The notes under the pieces were generated by a model that saw only the letters and a program-made list of their open reading frames with translations, was not told the DNA's origin and did not search any database. From Camelus ferus (taxonomy: Eukaryota), in contig NC_045697.1 of the NCBI RefSeq assembly GCF_009834535.1, positions 45,696,001 to 45,760,000 on the forward strand: a stretch of 64,000 bases of DNA, given 5' to 3'. Both the position numbers and the translations under genes were made by a program. This document shows, in pieces, positions 1 to 10,849 of the stretch (position 1 is the stretch's first letter; the number at the start of each line of letters is the position of its first letter).

Positions 1-552
1 ATTTGAGAATTTCTCCTAGTCAAAATCCCTCAGTGTTTTAGTGTACACACATGTAAAATCTCCAGATGGAAAACTAACCTCACATGATTATGTTAATCAT
101 TATTCAAGAACTGTATTTCAGCAACCCTCAAATGACTTGGCAATGGGCCGAGGAGAGCAGATATCGGAGACGAAGAAAGTATTAGATGTTTATATTAAGT
201 TAGCCACATTTAACTTAGAGGCTTACCCATTCCAATGAAAACCAAAGCTTTGAAAATTCGAGAACACATTGTCTAACCCTAAACCACTTTTAATAAACAA
301 GGACTTTCCACTTACCACAGAAAATCATGTTTCAGAGACCTATCATGTGTTCTCCTGTCCTCTGTAAAATGGCTTTTCTCTTCCTCCTGCTTCTACTGTC
401 CCCACCACCCTCATAGAAGCTGAACAGTATAAACTATGCAGCTAATATTGTTAGTAACCAGAGGAGAGGGACTTTTCAAACAAATTTATTCATAATTCTA
501 ATAAGACACTACTTACTAAGTATTTAAGATGCACTGGCCAATGAGCTCATCT

Positions 553-579
553 ACACACACACACACACAGACACACACA
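553..579. repeat. (AC)n microsatellite, interrupted
   Basis: acacacacacacacacagacacacaca read directly. Confidence 0.95.
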
Positions 580-694
580 GTCCAAAACCAGTAGAGAAGA
601 TTATCCCAGAAATACATTTATATACGTAACATATGTCAGTACACTTAATTTAATAAAATAACCAGATATGACATGTGCCAGTTTTTAATCCTTA

Positions 695-820
695 GACAGA
701 GATGAGGAAACTGAAGGCTTGGCAGCTAAAATTAGTTCCCCAAGTTACCCGATAGATAGTGCAGCTAGCTACTGGTGCAATAAGGTTACAGGCGCATTTC
801 TGCCTAGCTCCCAAGTTTAT
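695..820 (-). mobile_element. MIR SINE fragment
   Basis: gatgaggaaactgaaggc...caagttaccc is the reverse complement of the MIR core (gcctcagtttcctcatctg). Confidence 0.7.
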
Positions 821-893
821 AAGCTTCCCTTTCTCAGCACTGGTTGCTTACTGAGTGTCGGGTGCTGTGCTCAAGTACTGAAAGTACGTCATA

Positions 894-1025
894 CAGTCCT
901 TCCTTAGTGTGGGGTGAAGGTGGGGGGACGGGTTCTAGGACCTCTGCAGATACCAAAATCCCTGGATGCTCAAGTCCCTTATATAAAGTGGCTTAGTACA
1001 GTAGGCCCTCTGCATCCGTGGTTTC
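894..1025 (+). mobile_element. TcMar-Tigger MITE (MER2-like)
   Basis: ggttctaggacctctgcagataccaaaatccctggatgctcaagtcccttatataaa matches the MER2/Tigger terminal consensus; begins TA-CAGT and has TA at both flanks. Confidence 0.8.
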
Positions 1026-1118
1026 TAGACCAAGCCCTTTGCCTTCAAAGAGGTCACAGTTGAGTTGGGGAAGTGCTACATTATCTTAGCATTTTCTAAG
1101 TTTATTCAGAACTTGGAA

Positions 1119-1295
1119 CAGTGTGTCTCAAAGTGTACCCCTAGATTATCAGCATCAGCTTCCACTAGAGACTCATTAGAAATTCAAGATCTCAGACCCC
1201 ATTCCAGATCTGCTGCATCAGGAACTCAGGAATCTGTATGCAACATGCCCTCCAGGTTATTTTGGTGCACACTGAAGTCTGAGTGCCTAAACCAG
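1119..1295 (+). mobile_element. hAT-Charlie MITE (MER5A-like)
   Basis: cagtgtgtctcaaagtg...cagcatcagc...ttagaaattcaagatctcagacccc...aggaatctg...gccctccaggttatt...gcacactgaagtctgag. Confidence 0.8.
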
Positions 1296-4200
1296 TGGCC
1301 TAAATAGACAGAGATTAGAGAGAAACATACAGGTTAACTTGGAGACATGGGAGAAGGCTTCCTGGAGGAACAGACACTTCAGCTGAGTGGAGGATTTCTG
1401 AATTTTTTTTTTTCAGGCAAAATAGACAACATTAGCAAAAGCAGAGAGGAAAGAATGTCACTGTTTGACACTCCTAGAGATTAAGAGTAAGAGGCAGGAA
1501 GTGGTAGTAGATAAAGGAGATCTAGACTGAGTCTATGTGCATGCCTTATACATTGCAGGTCTTGTTTCCTACAGGGCTTGGTATAAGGGCTGTAGCAAGT
1601 AACTTCAGGGACCCACTGTGAAAAGGACCTGGAATTGATGCAAAATCTGGGTTTCCTGTTTGCCACCTGTTATAGACCTTAGGATGCTCTTAGGTAGTGT
1701 GAGGGAGATGCTTTGCTGTCCAATGCTAGGAGAGAAGGACAGATTCGGAAGGAAGTCTCAGGCTCAGGTGCTTCCAGATGGGTGTAGGAGCTCTGGGACC
1801 TAGCTAGGTTGTGACAAATTTAAGCACAGGTGACTGAGTTGGAGTAGAGAGGGAAGAAGAGGGGTTGAAGGATAAGAAAAAGTGATTTTTTTAACAGATG
1901 TTCAGGATAACATAATTCTAAATAAAACACACACACAACAATAACAATAACAAAAGCAACACAAGGGAGACTAAGATTAACCATGAAGATAGGGATGGCT
2001 ATGACACAGTTACTGCAGCTAGTCAGTTCACAGACCAGGGGACAGGACACCATCTGCCCTGCACTGTCATCTAAGAGAATATCGACAATCACAGAGTCAA
2101 GCATCAGCTCTGTACACTTCCACTTAACTCCTCCCTGAGCTTCACAGAAACCTGTGATTTACAAGTTAGGGAGTATTATGTTTTAATCATCAAGCCCCTT
2201 TTATAGGGACAATCTCTGAATAGTCTACCTGTCCATTTTTTGATCAAGTGGTCAGAAGGACAAACTTCTTTGCATAAACAGTATAAACATTTTGAACGGG
2301 GAAGGATTACATTTAAAGTGAGTATTTTGTGTTAATCCCTGGGGGATCTGATTTACAGAATGAGACTGACTTCAAGAATCGGTAGTACCGAAGCAACCAA
2401 AAAAACACTGTCAAACTCTGGGGCCTCGAGTGGCTGAAGCACAGCTACAAATTTAGCATCCCTTCATTTCAAGCATTCCAAAATATTTTAGTGATTGTCT
2501 TGATAGGATTCCAGTAAAAAACAGCTGTCAAAATGTATCATATATTTGCAAACCTCCTACACAGCACTGTTACTATAATTGGTTGAGGTTTGTTGTTTTT
2601 TTTTTTCATTTGACTTTAAAAAGGTTGTGGAAAGCATAATTCAGGTTTGGTCAAACTTTTATTAATGTTCACAGGAGGACTATAGTCCATAATTAGAGTT
2701 CAGTTTTTAAGTATTTCGTATTTGAAAAGTAAGCAAGCACAGAGGTGGCGATTTTTCTTTATAGCTTCAGTAATCTGAAAGTCAAACCCTCTTGGACAGT
2801 AGTATGCACACACTACTGAAATCACCACTTTTTAATCTCATGTATCTGCTCCATCAAACAGCCAAAGTAATTTGGTCAGCAGTGTTTCCATTGGTTTTAA
2901 TATATCCTTCCCTACCTCCTTTCCACTCCAAACTATGACTTAATTGCACTAGGGTTATTCTTTTAAAGCCATGACATTAAAATAGCCTGAAGTACTGCAG
3001 TTCTTTCTGCAGAAACCATAGTCCACTAAACAGAGGGCCTATTTCACCAGCCACACGTCTATCACGAGCGTCTCAGAATTCAGGGTAACTAGTTTACTGG
3101 TTAAATCAGGGCCAAAGACAATAGCAATTCCAGATTGCAAAGTTTTTAGAAATATGTGGAGGTCCTTTTTGACATTGAAACAAAACAAAAAACCCCTTAA
3201 AACTTACAAGGATTTTTTTTTTCATTATTCTGTTCTGCTTGGCCCTGAACATTGACTTTTATTGCCAGACTCAAGAAGGGTACCTCAAAAATATTATTTC
3301 AGTGCTCTGAATTACTTTAACTGTGTTTTGAAACAAGGAAGTTTCCTATATTGATGAAACCAATTATAGACTCTTCCAGTTACCATTACACTGTGGAAAA
3401 TATTAACTCCAGTAATCACTGGGAAAAATATCTACTCATATGGCTTCAATAGACAGCCCAATCGGCCTCATAGATCAGAACTGCTATCCTGACCTCTTGT
3501 GCTCCATGCAGTCTAGTGATTCTTAATCCCCACAGACATTGCTGTCATCGTTATCCAAAACAAGTTTATTTACGTAAGTCCCATAATTCCATATTTTCAC
3601 TTTAATAAACGTTTGCGGTATTTAATGCATTAGCAGAGCAGAGAGTTGCCGAGCTGATCAGAATATGGATTGAAATTTTGGCCATGGAAATGGAGAGAAA
3701 AGAGTGGTCCTAGAGATGCTCTGCAAGAAAAATTCTAGACATGATGGGAAAGACAGAACCTTAGCTCAAGGACAGTGCTTACTGGGATACCATTGGTAGA
3801 GGTGAGAAAGTAGGGTGCCATATACAGATATCCATGAAACTACAACTGTATGTTTTCAGCCGGGAACTTTTAACACATATAAAATAAGAATCTCAGGTTA
3901 AAATAAATAAGTAAATCAATAAAGACAAGCTAAAGATGAAATGCTAAAGCCACAACAACAACAAGGAAAATATTTAAAAGAATTTCCTTGTCATTAGGAT
4001 ATTCACAAAAAATTTCTCACTGAAAAAGGATATTGAAATTTGGTAGAATGTATCAGTCAATCTGATTCTGTTAAAGTATTTTTAAAATAAAATTAGTTGA
4101 TACAACTTATCTTCTTTATCAGTCAAAGCATTTACCTGTTCTGTAATACGGAACACATCATGTGAACAGCAGAGCATAAAGGCATTTAAACAGTTATTAG

Positions 4201-4469
4201 AAACTCTTGACTATATGAACTGGGTGAAACCTTCTAAATATACTGTTGGTCTAAAAAAAATTAACATGAAAAGATAATGAAAGGCAGGTTATTTAAATCA
4301 AGATGAAAAGAAGGAATAAGGATGAAATATTAATCATTCAGAATATTTTGGTGAGCTAAAATGTTTTGGAAAATCCCCTAAAAACGTGCCCGACATAGGG
4401 TTCATTTTTCACTTTACTTACAATGTGCTTCTTTCTAGGTAAGTTATTTACTAATGAAAAGTGTAGGGA

Positions 4470-4625
4470 TGTTGGGCTTGTACTTCTCTGCAGTTCTGTG
4501 GAACTTCTTTGTCTGTTTCTGCCTGGCTGCATCCCTGGAAGGTTGACCCTGAGATGTGCACTCAAGGCACTTCTACATCCTGGTGTCTGATTGGGTTTGG
4601 TCAATGGAAATGCCAGAGAAGTTGT
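4470..4625 (+). mobile_element. ERVL LTR fragment (LTR33-like)
   Basis: ccctggaaggttgaccct...tctgattgggtttggtcaatggaaatgccag resembles the LTR33 5' region. Confidence 0.45.
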
Positions 4626-4859
4626 TTCAAATGCCTTAATATACATGAAATCTCTGAGATTTTGCAAGGATATACTGTTTTAAGCCTTACTAATATTTGC
4701 TGTAGTTTTAAAACAAAGACATGTTTCAATATTAAAGTGATAGAGACAAACATTAAGTTTTATATTCTATGGTTTTACATCCATTTATGAAGGAAAATGA
4801 GTTACTGAATACATGCTAATTAAGTAATAAAGGACAACTTTTACTGAAACAGTTAACTA

Positions 4860-5500
4860 AAGAGCATCACATTGTAGTTAAGGGAGCAGGTTCTGGAATA
4901 AGACTGGCTAAGTCCCAAATTATGTTCTATCACTTAATAGCTATGTGACATTGTATAAATTACTTAAATATTCCAAGTATTAATTTCCTCATCTTTAAAA
5001 CAGAGATAATAATATACGTGGTGTGCTTAGTGTACTCCAAGATGGTCCCTGTCTCCTGGTATTTTCGTCCTTCTATAGTCCACTCCTGCATCAAAAAGGG
5101 ATAACTTGTGTAAACAATAGAATGGTATATAAGTGGTATAGTGTCACTTCCAATACTCAGTCATGAAAGACATTGAAGTTGCTGTCTCTATCAGATCATT
5201 TACTCTTCTATCTTGAAAGTGGATTCTCCAGCCCCAGTCAAGCCTTCAGGTATCTGTAATCCCAAATGACATGGAACTGTAGCCTCATGAGAGACCATTC
5301 AAATAAAGTGCTCCCAAACTCCTAACTTACATAGAGACTATGAAACAATAAATGTTAAGCTTTGGTGTAATTTGTTATACCACAATAGGTAATGAATACA
5401 CTCTGCCTGATAAGGTTGTAAGGATTAAATAAGATAATTATCTGAAGCCAATAGAATAGTATTTAGAATATAATGAGTACACAGACGAGTTAGTTATATT
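4860..5500 (+). mobile_element. MIR split in two (4860-5016 and 5401-5500) by a MaLR LTR
   Basis: tagctatgtgac...aaattacttaa...tttcctcatctttaaaacagagataataata, then after the LTR ggttgtaaggattaaataagataat. Confidence 0.75.
5017..5400 (+). mobile_element. MaLR solo LTR (MLT1F/G-like)
   Basis: ccagccccagtcaagccttcagg...ctgtagcctcatgagagacc...aataaatgtt...taatttgttatac...taatgaataca terminus. Confidence 0.8.
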
Positions 5501-5530
5501 CCCAAGCACCACTGTCCTTTAGGAACTGAG

Positions 5531-5597
5531 ATATCTATCACCTATCTATTACCTATCTATCTATCTAACTATATCCAAGTTCATATATATATATATA
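5531..5597. repeat. Imperfect (CTAT)n followed by (AT)n
   Basis: ctatctattacctatctatctatcta...catatatatatatata. Confidence 0.85.
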
Positions 5598-5619
5598 AAA
5601 ATGTGTGTTGTCTCATTTA

Positions 5620-6150
5620 AACTTCATATGGTTAGTGTCAGAAGACCTAACTCAGACTGGCTTAAGCTGAACTCCCCCTGCAAAATAAGGAATTTTTTGG
5701 TTCAAGTAACTAAAAGTACAGGGTGAGAGCTCATTTCACAAACTGCTAGATTCAGGGTCTTGAATGACTTCTGTCCGGTCTCTATCCCTGGGCTTTGCCT
5801 TCCTCTCATGTTATTTTAGTTCTCAAGCTCTTCACAGCAAGCTAGCTCCCTGCAGCTTCAGCCTTACTGTTCCAGTCCAGTGGGAAAGAAAATGCCTTTC
5901 TCCCAAAAAAATCCCAGAAAAATTTTCTTTGTATCACTTTTGCTCTAACTGGACAATATCAGTGTCTCTGACCCAGTAACAGAGCCCGGGGAAGGAAGGC
6001 ATAATTGGCCAGGTTAAATTACAATGTTCCGCTAATGAACACAAGCTAAAAGTGGAGGGGAGGGGACTACTAGAGGAAAACTAGGGTACTAGGGTCTCAT
6101 GATTAGAAGGGTAAAAGGGATCCTGGGCAAAAATAATAGATGTCCCCCAT
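5620..6150 (-). mobile_element. Old MaLR LTR (MLT1K/L-like)
   Basis: cagaagacctaactcagactggcttaagc...ggaattttttggttcaagtaactaaaagtacaggg...ctagattcaggg. Confidence 0.65.
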
Positions 6151-6300
6151 GCCTCACAACAGTTAGAGTAGATTATATTATTATCACATTCCACAGAGGA
6201 CAGTAAAGCCCAGCACTTGAGACGCTTGCCTGGAATTGCACAGCTACACCTGGAAGGGCCAGTAAGATGCCAGAACCCATGTGATATGCCACATTCTTAT
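6150..6300 (-). mobile_element. MIR fragment
   Basis: cctcacaac...gtagattatattattatcacattccacagagga...aaagcccag...cttgcctggaattgcacagcta. Confidence 0.6.
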
Positions 6301-7380
6301 ATTATCTGTCTAAGTGATCCTATGAATTACAATTTTATTGTGGCTTGGTAATTTGAGTTATTCAGACACTATATCTGTTCCACTTCTTCTCTTCTAAATT
6401 AGAATCCTGTATAATCTGGTCGATTTCTTCACTTATTCTATCTACTCAGCTACAAAACCTAAGTGAGTCATGGGCTGGACTGTAGAAAATCAATGTTCAA
6501 TTTTGTTAACTAAACCTACCCTTATAGTTACTGGATGAACAACAAGTCTTAAGAATTTCCCACTCAGGCTTTGCAAATAAGTCTTATTCTAGTTTCCAGT
6601 GGATTAGATAGAGGGCTGTGACAGGCAAGTTTTTGTTGGCTATCCTTTCTGCTCTTAATGGAATCTAGCCCTTGAAGATTAAATAAAAAACAATCTAAAG
6701 TTCTAGAATACTGTACAAAGATATAGGTGCTCACCTATTTCTCTCCATTTAATATATCAGTATTTAATATAGCTCTTTTATTTGACATTAACTCTCATCC
6801 CAGGATCTTTCGAAGTACCACTTTAAAATGGCTAGTGATCATCAAAACCACTCTGTTAAGTTTTTCAGGATCAACAATATTGATAAAATAGTTCTGTTGA
6901 TGATGAAATAATTTCCCTCTATGCCACCTTCCCAGAAACAATGAAAATGGTATGATGTTCCCCCTAGAACAGTATTCTTTAAACTACTCATGAGCAATAG
7001 CAGATACCTGGAGGTATCTGAATTTTCTTCTTCCCTTCCTCAGTATCTCACACTAGGACTTCTTGAACTTGATTAAATATAAATCTCCTTTAAAGAAAGC
7101 AATGTGGTATGATAATGTTATCTAAATAAAAAAGTATATAATTATGTATGTGATAATTACATGATACAGATTTTGTATAAATTTCTTACAACAGAAAGTT
7201 GTCACAAACAATCAGCATAAGCCTGAAAATAAATAAGTTTGGGGTCTAATTCATAGGTATAAGCTTATAGGCATAGGCTTAGGAAAAGAATCAACTTCAC
7301 CCTTTTTTCCTTAAATTTTTATTTTATACAAACTGTGTATCTATTTCTACCATGAACATAGACTGCATGTATTTAGTCTC

Positions 7381-7388
7381 TGACGTCA
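7381..7388. promoter_or_regulatory. Full CRE palindrome TGACGTCA (motif only)
   Basis: Exact match with intact CpG in non-repeat sequence; function not shown. Confidence 0.3.
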
Positions 7389-8904
7389 TTCACAGGCTTA
7401 GGTATTATTTTTATAAATGTTTCTTTTCATGATTCAGTTGTATAGGAATATAGGCCAAACTATTTGCATTTTCATTAGCATAAGTTGTTAGGAATAACGC
7501 TATGCATTTTTTCTAACTAAAAAATTTGTAGCAATACATATGAATGGGATTATTGGTTTTACATGAACTATGAGGTCAGTAAGAATCATTTGCTTGTTTC
7601 TAAGGTTGCCCAGAATTTAAGTGATGTTTCCCTTTAACACTGAGTACATCATACAATTTCTATACTCTAAGCCATGATGTTGCAAACATTTCAGTTATTC
7701 ATCTAAAAAAAAAATGTCTGGGTAGGCCTTATATGTAGTACACTCTGCTAACTGCTATGGGAATGCAAAGACGTACTTTGCCTAAGATTATATAGTGGAA
7801 AACATGGGATTCTGAGAAAGTGGCATTGCCATTCAAGAGCTTGCAATGGCACAAAGTGACTATCAACAGCAATAAATCCCAAAACAAGGAAACATTTTAT
7901 TAATGCCAGAAGGATGCCTTGGTGCAGGCAATAGCAGCCAAAGAGATGCTGGTGAGGAAAACAAGGCAGTGTCTTAAAAAACCCTTTAGAGTTGGTTTGG
8001 AGAATAAATAGGAATTCAAAAGTGGAGAGGAGGGTGGACAATATTCCAGGTAAGGATAAAAAGTATGAGTCAAAGCAAAAAATGAACAACCATAGCAACA
8101 CAAATGGAAGCATAAGGAAGAGGAGAGAAAGATCCAGTGGGGTGGGACAAATTGTAAGAAATATTGTAGAGGTGGAGTAAATACAAGTAGAGGTGCTTTT
8201 AAGCTGTGTTCCACAGATCCTAAAGCCCTTAGTCAATGGGATTCTGGAGACTTTTTTTCAATACCTATTATGAACTGGGATTTCTCATATGCTTTCTTCA
8301 AAGAAGAGTCCAACTCTTCCTCTTTGAAGAGTACAGAGATACATACATTCATATTGATAGCCAAAGATTGAGAAGAATCTGTAGTGCTGGGTAGGGGAGT
8401 GACAAGGTGAAGATTTGGAAAATGATGAGCCAGTTGGATGAAAAGAAGACTAGGTTTCATTGTGGGGACTGAGAGTAGAGGCAGGGCTGGGAGAGACCAG
8501 AGGAAATAAAAAAGGCTAAGGTCTGTTTCAACATATATATGAACAGTGTCTGAATACCCTAATTTATTATCCTGAGGAATTTGGGTACGTAATGGGAGGG
8601 TCTGGACCTATCTGTGGTGACATGGAGAAGGAATAATAGATTCAAAGGGAAAGAAGGCAAATAATACTGTGCTAGACAGCTGAATTGCCTGATCTCATTC
8701 AATCTTCATGCTGCTTCAGTAAAGTGGGATAGACAGAGAGCAGCGTGCTGGCCAGGCTGTGATCTGAAGTTAGAGTCACAAGAAATGGCTTTTCTGTGGT
8801 AGAACTAGGTAATGTAAGGAAATAGAGATGTTGACTCAAGAAATTCTATTAGTACCCATTTAGAAAATATGGAAGATCTGAAAAAATGAATTAATTTGTC
8901 AGGG

Positions 8905-9160
8905 CATTCGGTGTTGATATTAAGGGCACAGACACTGGATCCACTTGCCTGGCTCCAGTCTCAGCTTTGCTCCTGGTTTGCTATGTGACACGGAGTGAAG
9001 TACTTAAACTTACTGTGCCTCAGTTTTTTCATCTTTAGAAAGGAGGTAATAAATAGTTCCTGCTTTCTAAGCTTGTTCTGAGTATTAAGTGAATTAATAC
9101 ATGTAAGATGCTTAGAACACTGTTGGACATATATTAAATATTATGTGCTAGCTATTATTT
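8905..9160 (+). mobile_element. Near full-length MIR
   Basis: ttaagggcacagacactgga...gctatgtgac...aagtacttaaacttactgtgcctcagttttttcatct...taatacatgtaagatgcttagaaca...gctattatt. Confidence 0.9.
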
Positions 9161-9214
9161 TTATGCTAGTTCAGTTAAGACATGGTATCTGTACAAAAGC
9201 ATACAAGTACAAAT

Positions 9215-9455
9215 GTGTGGGATAACCTACACATATATCAAAATTGCATCAGGCCAAATACAAATACCAAATGAATACAAGTAAAATTGGGGAAAGCTGG
9301 CTAAGACTGATGGGTTGTATCAATGTCAAGATACTGGTTGTGATACTGTACTAGAATTTGTAGGATGTCAGCACTGGGGAAAACTATGCAAAAGATATTA
9401 TTTCTTCCAATTGCACGTGAAGCGCAATTACTCAAAAAGTTTAGTTTTAAAAAGG
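9215..9455 (+). mobile_element. Old L1 3' end (L1MC1/2-like)
   Basis: atgaatacaagtaaaattggggaaa...ttgtatcaatgtcaagatactggttgtgatactgtacta...cactgggggaaaact...tatttcttccaattgca. Confidence 0.8.
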
Positions 9456-10234
9456 TATGGGTTGTTCTCTGTCCCTTTACAAATCTGTGGAAGAAATGGC
9501 TGTGTTGCAGTGACTGGTTTATGTGAACAGGAGGATTTCATGTAATATGCAAAGAAGAATCATCCATTGTGGGCTTAAAAGCAGTTTTCACCAGCAGTGT
9601 GTGAAGAAAAGGAGTAGAAACTCAGTAGGAGGAGGAGGGGATATAGTAAATCAGTAATTTTCTATCAAAAAATAATAATTTTTAGCTTAACTGGCAGTGA
9701 AGCCTGAAAAATGGAGAAAGGATTCCACAATCCTAAGGCTGTCACAGGAACTTGTTTAATTTGTTCACTGAAAAATAATGTCCAGATGAGGGATCAGCAA
9801 AGGCTGGAACCCAGATCTCAAACAAGTGAACTTCAGTAGGACCTCTTCCTAATTCACATAAAGGAGCTCAAAGGGCCAGTGCAGGTAGACAGTAAGACTT
9901 GTTCCTCTCCATACTGGTATATAAAGCACATTCTGTACGGGTGGTTTGTAAATATCTGTTGCACTTTAGCTAGGAAGTCTTGAACCAGTGTCTACAGCAC
10001 AAATTTGAAAGAAAGAAGAAAGTTTTTAAAAATGATTTTGAGTCTCTATAAAAAAACTGAAACTTCAGAATCTAGAATTGTTGCTTTGACTTTTCAAGTT
10101 TCTGAGGAAATACCTGGGACTTAGGTATAATAAAATAATTCTACAGATATCCTTTTTAAAATATGGACTGTAAGCTCATTTTGTCCAACTTAAATAGCTA
10201 AAAGCAATTTTTTTTCTCTTTTAAAAATTTTGGC

Positions 10235-10810
10235 TTTTTTATTATAGAAATGTTCGAAAACACAAATGGAGATACAATAGTATAAGAGATTTCCTGTATC
10301 CATCAACCAGCTTCAAAAATTGTCAACATGGCAAATCTTATCCATGCAGCTACTGAATTATATATTAAAGGAAATCATGAATATTATATTATTATCTGTG
10401 TGTAGTTTAGTATGCATCTCTAAGACTTAAGGGCTTTAAAAAACATATTCAGAATAGGATTATCACACCTAAAATTCCCCAACTGTTTCGTAAATATTTT
10501 TTTAGAGTTTATTGAAATCAGGACAAATGCAAAGTTCCAACACTGCATTTGATCAACATGCATTTCAAGATAAAATTTCACCTCCTCCTCTCCTCCCCTC
10601 TTCGTTTCCTCCTCCTCTGCCTACCTTTGTCCTCTCCTCTTCCCTTCCTCTCCCTCTCCTCCTCCTTCTGTCTGTTTGATGAAGAAACCAGGTCATATGC
10701 TAGAATTTTCGACATTCTGGATTTGGCCAATTCTATGCCTGATGACATTTAACATGTTCTTCCATATTCTTGTAGCTTTTGTAGTTATATTTAGAATTTT
10801 GATCAGATTT
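10235..10810 (-). mobile_element. Old L1 3' end (L1MC4/5-like) containing a CT-rich tract at 10581-10668
   Basis: ttttattatagaaatgttcgaaaacac...ccatcaaccagcttcaaaaattgtcaacatggc...gaagaaaccaggtcat...cattctggatttggc. Confidence 0.7.
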
Positions 10811-10849
10811 ATCTGGTTTCCATAGTTTCTTACTAACAGATGTCAGTCA

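Larger units (their letters stand above)
845..1870 (-). mobile_element. Degraded L2 LINE, interrupted by two DNA transposons
   Basis: ccttcaaagaggtcacagt...ggg; gggagaaggcttcctggaggaa; caggca...aacattagcaaaagcagagagg are typical reverse-complement L2 3' region motifs. Confidence 0.55.

Noticed and set aside
7001..7020. Inverted repeat CAGATACCT-GG-AGGTATCTG and upstream TGATGA...CTGA (C/D-box-like)
   Set aside because: A 9-bp stem is within chance expectation; no terminal stem or recognisable rRNA guide for a snoRNA
7748..8236. Longest ORF in the window (162 aa, minus, hydrophobic)
   Set aside because: Overlaps purine-rich L2-like sequence read antisense, which gives L/F-rich pseudo-transmembrane text; no recognisable domain
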